A stretch of DNA of 64,000 bases from an uncultured Gammaproteobacteria bacterium. GTDB lineage: Bacteria > Patescibacteriota > Microgenomatia > UBA1406 > HO2-37-13b. The stretch's first letter is position 1, and each line of letters opens with the position of its first letter. The position numbers were made by a program, and so were the translations under genes. This document shows positions 46,448-55,324 of this stretch, in pieces. The stretch lies in contig CAYPSA010000002.1 in the NCBI GenBank assembly GCA_964413645.1, positions 22,508 through 86,507 of the forward strand. Direction: 5' to 3'. The notes beneath the pieces were generated by a model that saw only the letters and a list, made by a program, of their open reading frames with translations, made no database searches and was not told the DNA's origin.

Positions 46448-46837
46448 ATGGGCATTACTTTCCACCACATCTATATTGTTAACAAATTTTTGAAACAAAT
46501 TATGGCAAAATTTGGCGTAGAACTTATTCAACCTAATCCTTCAGCAGAACCTAAATTCCCCTATTTGTCTTTACGCGAACCACAACAATGGCTTGAACAA
46601 TCGGAGATTACATTGCATCGAGGACCAGGATCTAGTACTGGTACTTTTGGCATACAGCACCCCTCAGTGCATGACGCAAGCAAACTAGTAGATGTTATTG
46701 ATGGATTCTTTAGTGATAGGGAAGAACATCCAAGAGTTTTACGAGTCGTAGTGTACGACTCTGCTTGGAAGGAAACTGCTGAAATGTTCCGAGATAGACA
46801 TAATGATGAACTTGGTATTATAAGAGCTAAAATATAA
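46448..46837 (+). CDS. hypothetical protein (129 aa) directly downstream of the 16S
   Basis: ORF-track ORF. No motif recognised. Occupies the position where a spacer or 23S would normally follow. Confidence 0.4.
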   Translation: MGITFHHIYIVNKFLKQIMAKFGVELIQPNPSAEPKFPYLSLREPQQWLEQSEITLHRGPGSSTGTFGIQHPSVHDASKLVDVIDGFFSDREEHPRVLRVVVYDSAWKETAEMFRDRHNDELGIIRAKI

Positions 46838-46904
46838 TCTTCTCCTGAACCTTCTGGATCTTGCGTAAATAGTGACAACTTTTGAATGTATAATATCCCT
46901 TACC

Positions 46905-46975
46905 GGGCCTGTAGTTAAGTGGTAAAACACCGCATTCGCATTGCGGGGGCGGGGGTTCGATTCCCCCCAGGTCCA
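46905..46975 (+). tRNA. tRNA-Ala (anticodon CGC)
   Basis: Folded by hand. Acceptor GGGCCTG/CAGGTCC with the G3:U70 alanine identity pair. Anticodon arm CCGCA-TTCGCAT-TGCGG. T arm GGGGG-TTCGATT-CCCCC. CCA not encoded. Confidence 0.85.
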
Positions 46976-47002
46976 CACGAAGCAATGATACGTCTATAAA
47001 AA

Positions 47003-47583
47003 TCACTGAACTTCATATGTAACTTCATCGGGGAAAAGAATAAGAAACGGATAGCCAACATAATTTCGCGTTATTTTTCCACATCCCATTTTTTTAAGAA
47101 AACCGACCATTTCTTTAGTTACTTTATCTGGATCTATATTTTCGTCTTTACCTATGTAGTCAATTTCTACAAAATCTCCCAGAATTTTTACCGAATCTAT
47201 CCCAACTTCATAATCCTTATACGTCCACGTCTTTCGTACTTTATCAACTTTCGCAATAGATTTAAAATCGAGAGCCATAACGATCTTTTTGGCTTGCTCT
47301 ACATTTCCCACCGTAGTTTCAATTTCATCACAATACTGACCTTTTCCCTTTGTATCAAAATGCCATTTTTTGTAATTTATAGAAAAGTTTCCTTCAGCAT
47401 CACGTAGTCGAAACCATTCGGAAACTGGCCTTGTTGCCAAAAAGTCTTTGTGTAAAGGAGTAAAATATTCGCTATCTGTCGTTTTTCTGATTGAAAAATT
47501 CCATTGGTTTCTAAAAATGCCAAAAGGGGCCCGAAGTTTTGCACATTCACTTGAATTTCAATTTCGATATTCTTGTGAGTCAT
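47003..47583 (-). pseudogene. CYTH-domain protein (class IV adenylate cyclase / triphosphate tunnel metalloenzyme family) split by a -1 frameshift
   Basis: ORFs 47377-47583 (IEIEIQV N-terminal ExExK-like motif) and 47003-47440 (WFRLRD...GDFVEIDYIG) together make one CYTH protein. The frames switch at a T5 run (47482-47486). Confidence 0.7.
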
Positions 47584-47627
47584 AACGGGTGACTAATTAA
47601 TTTTAATTTGTTTACATTTTGATAGAA

Positions 47628-48479
47628 CTAGGCTGAAAAAGTATCACCAGTTCCATATGGTCCATTTTGATATTGTAGCTTTCCTATGCTTGTAAAAAAT
47701 GGTGTCACACCCCTCGTATCATTCGTTTTCATAGAACTTATTTCGGCAAGTTTATCATCTGGGATGATATATAAACCATCGGCTCTTACTCGCCTAAACC
47801 CAAGTCTATCACCTTCACTATCCATGTCTGGGAATGTTCTTTGGTAAAAATCTTCCAAAAGATCCGGGTGTTGCGCAATTTCGCTTAAGAATTCTGTCGC
47901 TACGTCCGCGGGTAACTCTGTTGAAATATAGGCTGGTGTACACCAGCCTCTGCTATCTTCCTGCTTTCTGTCTTGAAAGAAACGAAGAGTCAAAATTCTA
48001 CTTGACTCATCAGTCGTCGATGGAGCAACCGATACAATATGAGAACCAATCAAATCTGGAAATTGTTTCTGTTTTTCATATACTAGATTATGTAAATAAG
48101 CTACATTCTTGTCAGAATCTGCTCTCTGTATTTTATCAGGACCATGATCATAAAAACCTGTAGGGTCAGTTATCGGTATCCCAATTACTTTAGTTCCAGC
48201 CGCAAGCTTACCATGAGCGTTTTTCCTGATAACTGCTTTAGCGAATCTTTCCGCCGAAGGCTTACCTTCATCTTGAGCTCCAACGGCTTCAGTTACTTCA
48301 AAGGCTTCAGAATTATTAACATTCGTAGTTGTATCAGCAGGACGTAACAAAGATATAGACTCAATATCTTGTGCAGTTAACTCTCTCCCTTTTAAAATGC
48401 CAATCAAAGTTTCTGTTGACACACTGTTCAACATTTCGGTCATTTCTTGTGTTACTTCTGTTGTTTCGCCTTCAGCCAT
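47628..48479 (-). CDS. hypothetical protein (284 aa)
   Basis: ORF-track ORF 47628-48551 trimmed to MAEGETTEV, because the upstream 24 codons are the tRNA-Ile gene. No TM and no motif recognised. Confidence 0.5.
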   Translation of the reverse strand: MAEGETTEVTQEMTEMLNSVSTETLIGILKGRELTAQDIESISLLRPADTTTNVNNSEAFEVTEAVGAQDEGKPSAERFAKAVIRKNAHGKLAAGTKVIGIPITDPTGFYDHGPDKIQRADSDKNVAYLHNLVYEKQKQFPDLIGSHIVSVAPSTTDESSRILTLRFFQDRKQEDSRGWCTPAYISTELPADVATEFLSEIAQHPDLLEDFYQRTFPDMDSEGDRLGFRRVRADGLYIIPDDKLAEISSMKTNDTRGVTPFFTSIGKLQYQNGPYGTGDTFSA

Positions 48480-48553
48480 GGTGGGTGTGCCAAGGATCGA
48501 ACTTGGGACCTCGTTCTTATCAGGAACGCGCTCTACCACTGAGCCACACACCC
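48479..48553 (-). tRNA. tRNA-Ile (anticodon GAT)
   Basis: Reverse complement folds as GGGTGTG-TG-GCTC-AGTGGTA-GAGC-G-CGTTC-CTGATAA-GAACG-AGGTC-CCAAG-TTCGATC-CTTGG-CACACCC-ACCA. Confidence 0.9.
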
Positions 48554-48620
48554 TATTTACACCCCTAATTATACTTTACTCTTGCCTTTTTTCAAACAAC
48601 TATATATACTGCCTTTGCGC

Positions 48621-49190
48621 ATGATACTTTCAGACGTTGATATTAGAAAATCCCTAGCTTCAAAATACATTCGTATTACCCCAAAACCCAATCTTGCAAC
48701 CCAACTTTCTTCTTGCTCAATCGACTTCCGATTAGGAAATTCGTTCTCCATTTTTGAAAATTCAAAATTTGCACTTCTTGACCCCCACGATAAAAATCTC
48801 AAAATCCCATCTCGAACAATAACCGTGAAGAAAGGAGATCGCTTCATTATGCATCCAAATTCATTCGTCATAGGAACAACAATTGAGCACGTAGAGCTTC
48901 CCGATGATTTAGTCGGTAGGGTAGAAGGTCGCTCCTCTCTTGGTAGACTAGGAATCGTAATTCACTCCACTGCTCCCATGTTTGACCCGGGATGGCGCGG
49001 ACAATTAACGCTTGAACTCGGCAATATTGGTATCATGCCAGTCGCGTTGTATCCGGGAATGCGAATTTGTGCAATGACATTTGAAAAACTTTCTACGCCA
49101 AGTAGCATGCCGTATTACAAAAAGAAAAATGCAAAATATCTTAACCAAAAAGGTCCAACAGTTAGTAGAATAGTAAAAGACATATCATGA
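48621..49190 (+). CDS. dcd: dCTP deaminase
   Basis: Trimmed to MILSDVDI. VGRVEGRSSLGRLGI and DPGWRGQLTLEL motifs. Confidence 0.9.
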   Translation: MILSDVDIRKSLASKYIRITPKPNLATQLSSCSIDFRLGNSFSIFENSKFALLDPHDKNLKIPSRTITVKKGDRFIMHPNSFVIGTTIEHVELPDDLVGRVEGRSSLGRLGIVIHSTAPMFDPGWRGQLTLELGNIGIMPVALYPGMRICAMTFEKLSTPSSMPYYKKKNAKYLNQKGPTVSRIVKDIS

Positions 49191-49612
49191 AATTGAAAAT
49201 TAAGCGAATCGACACATCGCTCCCGTTACCCGAGTATCATACGAGTGGAGCTGTTGCATTCGATTTGTATGCTCGTGAGGAAACCATTATTCCTCCATTT
49301 ACCCCCACACTTATTCCTGCAAATTTTGTCATCAAAACGCCCAAAGGTCATTATTTAATGTTAACCGCTCGCAGTTCAACAGCCAAAAAAAAGGGGCTTA
49401 TTGTATTCACCGGAATTATCGATCAAGATTATTGTGGCGATGAAGACGAACTAAAAATTAGCGTATTAAACTTTACTAAAAAAAACGTCACGGTCGAAAG
49501 GGAAGAGCGTATTGCTCAAGGAGTATTAGTAAAAATTTCAAAAGCCGATGCTTTTAATGAAGTTACCAGCATGAGCAAAAAATCACGCGGCGGCTTTGGG
49601 ACAACGGGGTAA
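49187..49612 (+). CDS. dut: dUTP diphosphatase
   Basis: 141 aa. [28 protein letters not shown] motifs. ATGA overlap with dcd. Confidence 0.85.
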   Translation: MKLKIKRIDTSLPLPEYHTSGAVAFDLYAREETIIPPFTPTLIPANFVIKTPKGHYLMLTARSSTAKKKGLIVFTGIIDQDYCGDEDELKISVLNFTKKNVTVEREERIAQGVLVKISKADAFNEVTSMSKKSRGGFGTTG

Positions 49613-49613
49613 T

Positions 49614-50516
49614 ATGAAAAACACCCTTGAACAACCATATTTAGATCTTCTCAAAGACCTCCTTAAAAATGGCGAGTACAAAGATGACCGAACCAACACG
49701 GGAACCAAAAGCGTATTCGGGCGCCAAATGCGATTTGATCTTTCAAAAGGATTTCCACTCCTAACAACAAAAAAAATGTTCTTACGAGGAATTATTGTTG
49801 AACTTTTATGGTTTTTAAAGGGCGACTCAAATTTACAATATCTTGCACAAAATAACGTGCATATTTGGGATGACTGGCCATATCGCTACTATGTGTCAAA
49901 AAACAAAAAACCACTTTCTAAAGATGAATTTATCGAAAAAATAAAAACTAATGATTCTTTTGCAAAAAAATGGGGGGAACTTGGTCCGGTATATGGTGTT
50001 CAATGGCGACGGTGGAAAACTCCTAACGGAAAATCAATTGACCAAATTTCACAGGTAATCGAGAAAATAAAGAAGAATCCGCACGATCGAAGACTTATTG
50101 TTTCAGCATGGAATGTAGCTGATATTGAAGAAATGGCTGTCGCGGGCCTTCCACCGTGCCACTCGCTCTTCCAATTTTACGTATTAAATGGAAAGTTATC
50201 ATGCCAGCTCTACCAACGCAGCGCAGACTTGTTCTTAGGGGTTCCATTTAACATTGCTTCATATGCGCTTCTAACACTTATGGTTGCACAGGTATGCGGA
50301 CTGAAACCGGGTGAATTTATACATACATTCGGTGACGTTCATATTTATTCTAATCACATTACTCAAGTAAAAGAACAGCTCAAACGGATACCATTTAAAG
50401 CTCCAAAAATGACAATTAATCTTAAAGTTACCAATATTTTTAAATTCGAATTGGAAGATTTTACGCTCGAAGGCTATGAATCCCATCCAAGCATAAAAGC
50501 ACCTATTGCAGTGTAG
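49614..50516 (+). CDS. thyA: thymidylate synthase (ThyA type)
   Basis: Trimmed to [37 protein letters not shown] active-site Cys, [21 protein letters not shown]. Confidence 0.95.
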   Translation: MKNTLEQPYLDLLKDLLKNGEYKDDRTNTGTKSVFGRQMRFDLSKGFPLLTTKKMFLRGIIVELLWFLKGDSNLQYLAQNNVHIWDDWPYRYYVSKNKKPLSKDEFIEKIKTNDSFAKKWGELGPVYGVQWRRWKTPNGKSIDQISQVIEKIKKNPHDRRLIVSAWNVADIEEMAVAGLPPCHSLFQFYVLNGKLSCQLYQRSADLFLGVPFNIASYALLTLMVAQVCGLKPGEFIHTFGDVHIYSNHITQVKEQLKRIPFKAPKMTINLKVTNIFKFELEDFTLEGYESHPSIKAPIAV

Positions 50517-50517
50517 T

Positions 50518-50542
50518 GTCATGCCGAACTGGTTTCGGCATC
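50518..50542. repeat. short hairpin GTCATGCCGAA-CTGGT-TTCGGCATC between thyA and folA (mini member of the GTCAT..GAA element family)
   Basis: 8-bp perfect stem ATGCCGAA/TTCGGCAT with a 5-nt loop. Begins 2 nt after the thyA stop. No T-run. Confidence 0.5.
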
Positions 50543-50549
50543 CCAAAAT

Positions 50550-51020
50550 ATGATCACCATAATCGCGGCAGTCGCTAATAATAACGTAATTGGATCTAAG
50601 AACGATTTGCCATGGTATCTGCCCGAAGATTTAAAACATTTTAAGGAAATAACAACAGGACATACGGTAATCATGGGCCGCAAAACGTACGAATCGATTG
50701 TGAATCGCCTTGGTAAACCTCTTCCAAATAGAAAAACAGTTGTCATAACAAGAAATCCACAATTTTCCGTTCTTCCGGATGTAGATATCTACGGCTCTCT
50801 TGATGAGGCACTAAAAAACCACACGGAAGATGTTTTTATAATTGGAGGTTCATCCATTTTTGAACAGGGTATGTCGTATGCTAATCAGCTTATCATTACT
50901 CATATAAATAATGAGTATCCCGGAGATTCATATTTCCCCACGATTGATCCAACTACATGGAAAGAACATGGAACAGAGGATCATGACGAGTATTCGTTTG
51001 TTACGTATTTCAGAAAATAA
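50550..51020 (+). CDS. folA: dihydrofolate reductase
   Basis: 156 aa. IIAAVANNNVIGSKNDLPW and VIMGRKTYESI motifs. Confidence 0.9.
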   Translation: MITIIAAVANNNVIGSKNDLPWYLPEDLKHFKEITTGHTVIMGRKTYESIVNRLGKPLPNRKTVVITRNPQFSVLPDVDIYGSLDEALKNHTEDVFIIGGSSIFEQGMSYANQLIITHINNEYPGDSYFPTIDPTTWKEHGTEDHDEYSFVTYFRK

Positions 51021-51097
51021 ATCATTCTCCCTTTTTTAAACAAGTAAATTGACTACATATTGAATTCGCTTTTCATTTTCAGTTAGAATGAAACTAC

Positions 51098-53305
51098 ATG
51101 AACCCGTCGTTTGGGCAGTTTGCCCGTGAAAAAAATAGTCAATTTTATACTGCAGTGGCAAATTTGTTTATTTTCTTGCCACATTTTTTCTCGGTGAGCA
51201 CATTACTACGCACACTTTTTTCACCCTGGAAAAACGTTAATCAAAAGAAAGAATCGTTAGGATTTTCTATTGAAGAATGGGCAAACCGACTTAGTTTTAA
51301 TGTAATATCACGTCTTGTCGGTGCCGGGGCACGATCGGTCCTTATTGGAGGCTATCTGTTCTTACAAATCATGTTTGTCTTACTTCTTCCAGCCATATTC
51401 ATTTGTTTCAATCTCCTGTTGCCAATTCAGTTTATGCTCAAAAGCTCCTCAGAATCAGATGAGCAAAAACTCCAAAACAAAAAAAATGCCTTTGTAGAAG
51501 CGCACAGTTTAACCGATGAAACAAAAGCTGCTGTTGGCGCATGGTTTGATCAATTACAGCAAACAAATATTTACAATCGACCGTGGTACGATCTGAAACG
51601 ACTCATGAACAGCCCGCCGCTGGGCCGTAATTTTAGTGCCGGCTACACTCCTACGCTCGATAAATATGTTTCAGAGCTTACCTTAGCATTCGACCATTCA
51701 AAAAATCTAATTGCCCGTGAAAAAGAAATTACCCAGATCGAACAAATTCTTGCTAAATCAAATGAAGCAAATGTTGTATTAGTAGGTCCAGAAGGAGTAG
51801 GGAAGCATACAGTGGTTGAAGCACTTGCAAAACGGATTTTTGAAGGAGCATCAAATCCAATTCTTGCCTATAAACGAATTTTAAAAGTGGACATGGCAAA
51901 GGTACTAGCGCAGGCAACCGATCAGCAAACACGTGAAAAGATTATGAAAGATCTTTTTACAGAAGCCGCTCAGGCAAAGAATATAATTATTTTTATCGAT
52001 GAAATTGACAAATATATATCAAGCGAAGAGGGGCGTATTGATCTCTCTTCATCAATTAATGAATTTGCGCTACACGACAAAATCCAATTTATCGGAATTA
52101 CCACTCCATTTAACTACGAAAAGTTCCTTTTTAAGAACGATAAGATGACAGAAACGTTTGAAAAAATTGACATTACAGAAGTTGGTAAACAAGAAGCCCA
52201 AGCAATTCTATTAGGCGAAATAGGACACTTTGAACGTCGTTATGGACTAACCGTTCCATACGAAACGGTTTTAGAATGTATTACCAAGAGCGACTACTAT
52301 ATTACGAACATTCCTTTCCCAGAAAAAGCAATAGACCTATTAGATACTGCCTGCTCGACGGTTAAAAGTCAAAACAAGGCAATTGTATCGCCACAGGTAA
52401 TTACCGATCTTCTGGAACAAAAAACCCATGTGCCTTTGGAAATAGATGCTGCGCTGAAAGCAAAATTATTGGATCTTGAAAAATCGTTATCCTCTCGAGT
52501 AATTGCACAAACAGAAGCGACAACTAAACTTGCCGGAGCACTTCGAAAATCGTTTGTAATTGGAAAAACTCGAAAAAAACCACTTGCAAGCTTTTTATTT
52601 TTGGGTCCAACGGGTGTTGGAAAAACAGAAACAGCAAAAGCACTCGCTACGGTATTTTTTGATGGACCCGATAAAATGATCCGGTTTGATATGTCTATGT
52701 ATCAGTCAAACAATAACATACCACAGCTTATTGGATCAAGCACGACTAATGAACCGGGTCTCTTAACTCAAGCTATTCGACAGCAACCGTACGGCATTTT
52801 ACTTTTGGATGAAATTGAAAAAGCTGATAAAAATTTGCTTAATATCTTCCTTTCGCTCCTGGACGAAGGATATTTTACCGATGGATTTGGAAAACGTGTT
52901 GACTGTAGAAATTTAATGGTGATTGCAACATCAAACGCGGGCGCCGATTTTGTATATAGCGGCACCACCACATCGCTCATTGATCATTTAGTTGAAGCAA
53001 AACTTTTTAATCCAGAATTTTTGAACCGTTTCGATGATGTCATTATTTACAAGGCACTTGATGGAGAAAATATTCGTATTCTTGCCAAACGCATGCTTGA
53101 TTCAATTGCCAAAGACATAAAAGAAAAACAAAATGTTACGATTACCGTTACCGATGCATTCATTGAAAATCTTGTTGTAAAAGGCTACAATCCAAAGTTT
53201 GGTGCTCGAAATATGGCACGTATAATTCGCGATGAAGTTGAAAACAAAATTGCACAGTCGATTCTTTCCGGAACGGTAAAAAAAGGTGGTACAATCAGCT
53301 TTTGA
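51098..53305 (+). CDS. Clp/Hsp100-family double-AAA+ ATPase with N-terminal membrane anchor
   Basis: 735 aa. Two hydrophobic N-terminal segments. D1 GPEGVGKHT / IIFIDEIDK. D2 GPTGVGKTE / ILLLDEIEKA. No Clp_N domain or long middle domain evident. Confidence 0.8.
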   Translation: MNPSFGQFAREKNSQFYTAVANLFIFLPHFFSVSTLLRTLFSPWKNVNQKKESLGFSIEEWANRLSFNVISRLVGAGARSVLIGGYLFLQIMFVLLLPAIFICFNLLLPIQFMLKSSSESDEQKLQNKKNAFVEAHSLTDETKAAVGAWFDQLQQTNIYNRPWYDLKRLMNSPPLGRNFSAGYTPTLDKYVSELTLAFDHSKNLIAREKEITQIEQILAKSNEANVVLVGPEGVGKHTVVEALAKRIFEGASNPILAYKRILKVDMAKVLAQATDQQTREKIMKDLFTEAAQAKNIIIFIDEIDKYISSEEGRIDLSSSINEFALHDKIQFIGITTPFNYEKFLFKNDKMTETFEKIDITEVGKQEAQAILLGEIGHFERRYGLTVPYETVLECITKSDYYITNIPFPEKAIDLLDTACSTVKSQNKAIVSPQVITDLLEQKTHVPLEIDAALKAKLLDLEKSLSSRVIAQTEATTKLAGALRKSFVIGKTRKKPLASFLFLGPTGVGKTETAKALATVFFDGPDKMIRFDMSMYQSNNNIPQLIGSSTTNEPGLLTQAIRQQPYGILLLDEIEKADKNLLNIFLSLLDEGYFTDGFGKRVDCRNLMVIATSNAGADFVYSGTTTSLIDHLVEAKLFNPEFLNRFDDVIIYKALDGENIRILAKRMLDSIAKDIKEKQNVTITVTDAFIENLVVKGYNPKFGARNMARIIRDEVENKIAQSILSGTVKKGGTISF

Positions 53306-53306
53306 A

Positions 53307-53990
53307 ATGGGATATATTATTACTATCGAAGGAGGAGAATTTGTAGGTAAAACTTCTGTAGCTATTCCAGCAATCAAGTCTTTTTTTGAAAATGCAGGTT
53401 TCAATACGATTATTTGTCGCGAACCAGGAGGCACCCCCAAAGGAGAGTTAATTCGAAAAGAAATATTTTCCAAGCTCGAAAAAGGAGTTGGCCCGTTGCA
53501 ATTAGCTCGACTTTTTAATAAAGGACGCAAAATTAACATTGACGAAATTATTAAGCCTCACGTAGGAATTAATAAGGAAAATAATTCTGTCGTAATACTT
53601 GATCGTTATCTTGACTCAACACGAGTATATCAAGGCCTTGAAGGTGGAGTTCCAATGGAAGATATTCACACATTAGAAAAAAAATTTGTTGGATCATTTT
53701 TTCCTGATTTGACTCTTTTATTATACTTTCCTGAAAAAGTTTTTATAAAAACACTTGAAAAGCGTATGGCAAATGAACAAGGAAGCAGAGATCTCACCGG
53801 TTGGGATAAAGGTTCTGTACAAAAACACCTCGATAGGCAACGATTATATTTATCGCTTCCAGCCATAGCACACAGGCTCGGAGAAAAACGTCTTTTTACA
53901 CTCATTGATGCTTCCGGTACTCAAGCACAAGTCGCGCAAGAATGTATTAACGCGTGCACATCATTCATAAAGACACGATTTGACAATTAA
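53307..53990 (+). CDS. tmk: thymidylate kinase
   Basis: Trimmed to MGYIITIEGGEFVGKTS. DRYLDSTRVYQG motif. Confidence 0.8.
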   Translation: MGYIITIEGGEFVGKTSVAIPAIKSFFENAGFNTIICREPGGTPKGELIRKEIFSKLEKGVGPLQLARLFNKGRKINIDEIIKPHVGINKENNSVVILDRYLDSTRVYQGLEGGVPMEDIHTLEKKFVGSFFPDLTLLLYFPEKVFIKTLEKRMANEQGSRDLTGWDKGSVQKHLDRQRLYLSLPAIAHRLGEKRLFTLIDASGTQAQVAQECINACTSFIKTRFDN

Positions 53991-54008
53991 TAAGCACGGT
54001 GTTATAAA
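53979..54008 (+). promoter_or_regulatory. promoter TTGACA-N18-TGtTATAAA, 6 nt before the ATG at 54015
   Basis: Hexamers read directly. Lies inside the 3' end of tmk. Confidence 0.5.
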
Positions 54009-54014
54009 CAAAAC

Positions 54015-54428
54015 ATGGACAAAGTTGACAACAAATTAATGGGGTTTGTGGGAATATTCTTTCTCGTTTTTGGCCTTTTTACCGTAAATGTATTTTTTGG
54101 TCGTGATATTCAACAAATTCGTGCTCGAACCGTTGTTGCGTCACCCACAAAATCAAACATCTTTTCGAGCGCACGAGAACTAACCGCAAATGGCACCGAT
54201 AAATCTACTATTTCAGTTTTTCTTCGAGCAGAGGACGGTAGCGGAATCACTAATACACCTGTATCTGTAAGCGCCACCGTAGGTACAATTACTCCACCCG
54301 AAGTATCCACCGATACAAGCGGTATCGCGAATTTTTTCCTAACATGCACAACACCTGGTGTTGCGCAGATTACCGCAACATCAAAAGGCGTTACCATTGG
54401 CAACCCAGTTACGGTTGCCTGTAATTAA
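54015..54428 (+). CDS. membrane-anchored protein with bacterial Ig-like (Big_1-type) domain
   Basis: 137 aa. N-terminal TM. ANGTDKSTISVFLRAEDGSGITNTPVSVSATVGTI resembles the invasin/intimin-type Ig fold. Confidence 0.55.
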   Translation: MDKVDNKLMGFVGIFFLVFGLFTVNVFFGRDIQQIRARTVVASPTKSNIFSSARELTANGTDKSTISVFLRAEDGSGITNTPVSVSATVGTITPPEVSTDTSGIANFFLTCTTPGVAQITATSKGVTIGNPVTVACN

Positions 54429-54443
54429 TATTTTTACACACAT

Positions 54444-55322
54444 ATGAAAATACGAAAAGTGGTTATCCCGGCAGCTGGTTTTGGAACACGTTTTTTACCT
54501 CAGACAAAAGCAATCCCCAAAGAAATGCTTCCAATCGTCGATAAACCAGTCATTCAATACGTCGTTGAAGAAGCAGTAGAATCGGGTATTGAAGATGTAA
54601 TTATCGTGACCGGTTATAGCAAGCGCACCATTGAAGATCATTTCGACACTCCAAATGCAGACCTTATTAACAATCTCAAATTGGGTCATAAAGAACATAT
54701 GATCGAGGATTTGCAAAAGATTTCAGATATGGCTAATTTTATTTATATTCGCCAAAAGGGAATGTATGGAAACGGAACCCCCGTACTAACTGCTGCTCCA
54801 ATTATTGGAAACGAAACGTTTGCTGTTATGTGGGGCGATGAATTTATCCGAAGCACGCCGCCTCGACTTTCCCAAATGATGAAGGTTTACGAAAAGTATG
54901 GCGGAGCAGTCATTTCCGCCGTTCGAATTCCAAATAAAGAAGATTTAAAACGCTATGGAATTGCCCAAGTTGACCCGGTAGACGGAAATATTTATAAGAT
55001 TAATAAGATTGTTGAAAAACCAGATCCTGACAAGGCTCCATCAAACTTAGCCACACACGGAGCGTACATTCTACCTCCTCAAATTTTTGACATTTTGCGA
55101 CAACAAAAGCCGGGTCACGGCGGAGAAATTTACTTACCGGAAGCCATTGATGTGCTCATTCAATCTGGATATCCGGTATACGCCTGTGAAATCGAGAATG
55201 GTAAATATTATGACACTGGAAATAAAATTGAATACATGAAAACAGTTATTGATCTGGCGCTACAGCACCCCGATGTAAATGGTGCTCTTCGAGAATACAT
55301 CAAATCACTTAAACTCGATTAA
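54444..55322 (+). CDS. galU: UTP--glucose-1-phosphate uridylyltransferase
   Basis: 292 aa. VIPAAGFGTRFLPQTKAIPKEMLPIVDKP signature. Confidence 0.9.
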   Translation: MKIRKVVIPAAGFGTRFLPQTKAIPKEMLPIVDKPVIQYVVEEAVESGIEDVIIVTGYSKRTIEDHFDTPNADLINNLKLGHKEHMIEDLQKISDMANFIYIRQKGMYGNGTPVLTAAPIIGNETFAVMWGDEFIRSTPPRLSQMMKVYEKYGGAVISAVRIPNKEDLKRYGIAQVDPVDGNIYKINKIVEKPDPDKAPSNLATHGAYILPPQIFDILRQQKPGHGGEIYLPEAIDVLIQSGYPVYACEIENGKYYDTGNKIEYMKTVIDLALQHPDVNGALREYIKSLKLD

Positions 55323-55324
55323 CT

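Noticed and set aside
46739-46978. 79-aa minus-strand ORF overlapping tRNA-Ala and the 3' end of the 129-aa ORF
   Set aside because: It reads through a well-folded tRNA gene and is antisense to another ORF. No supporting signal.
48480-48551. N-terminal 24 codons of ORF-track ORF 47628-48551 (MCGSVVERVPDKNEVPSSILGTPT)
   Set aside because: This stretch is the reverse-strand tRNA-Ile(GAT) gene. The CDS was trimmed to the ATG at 48479.
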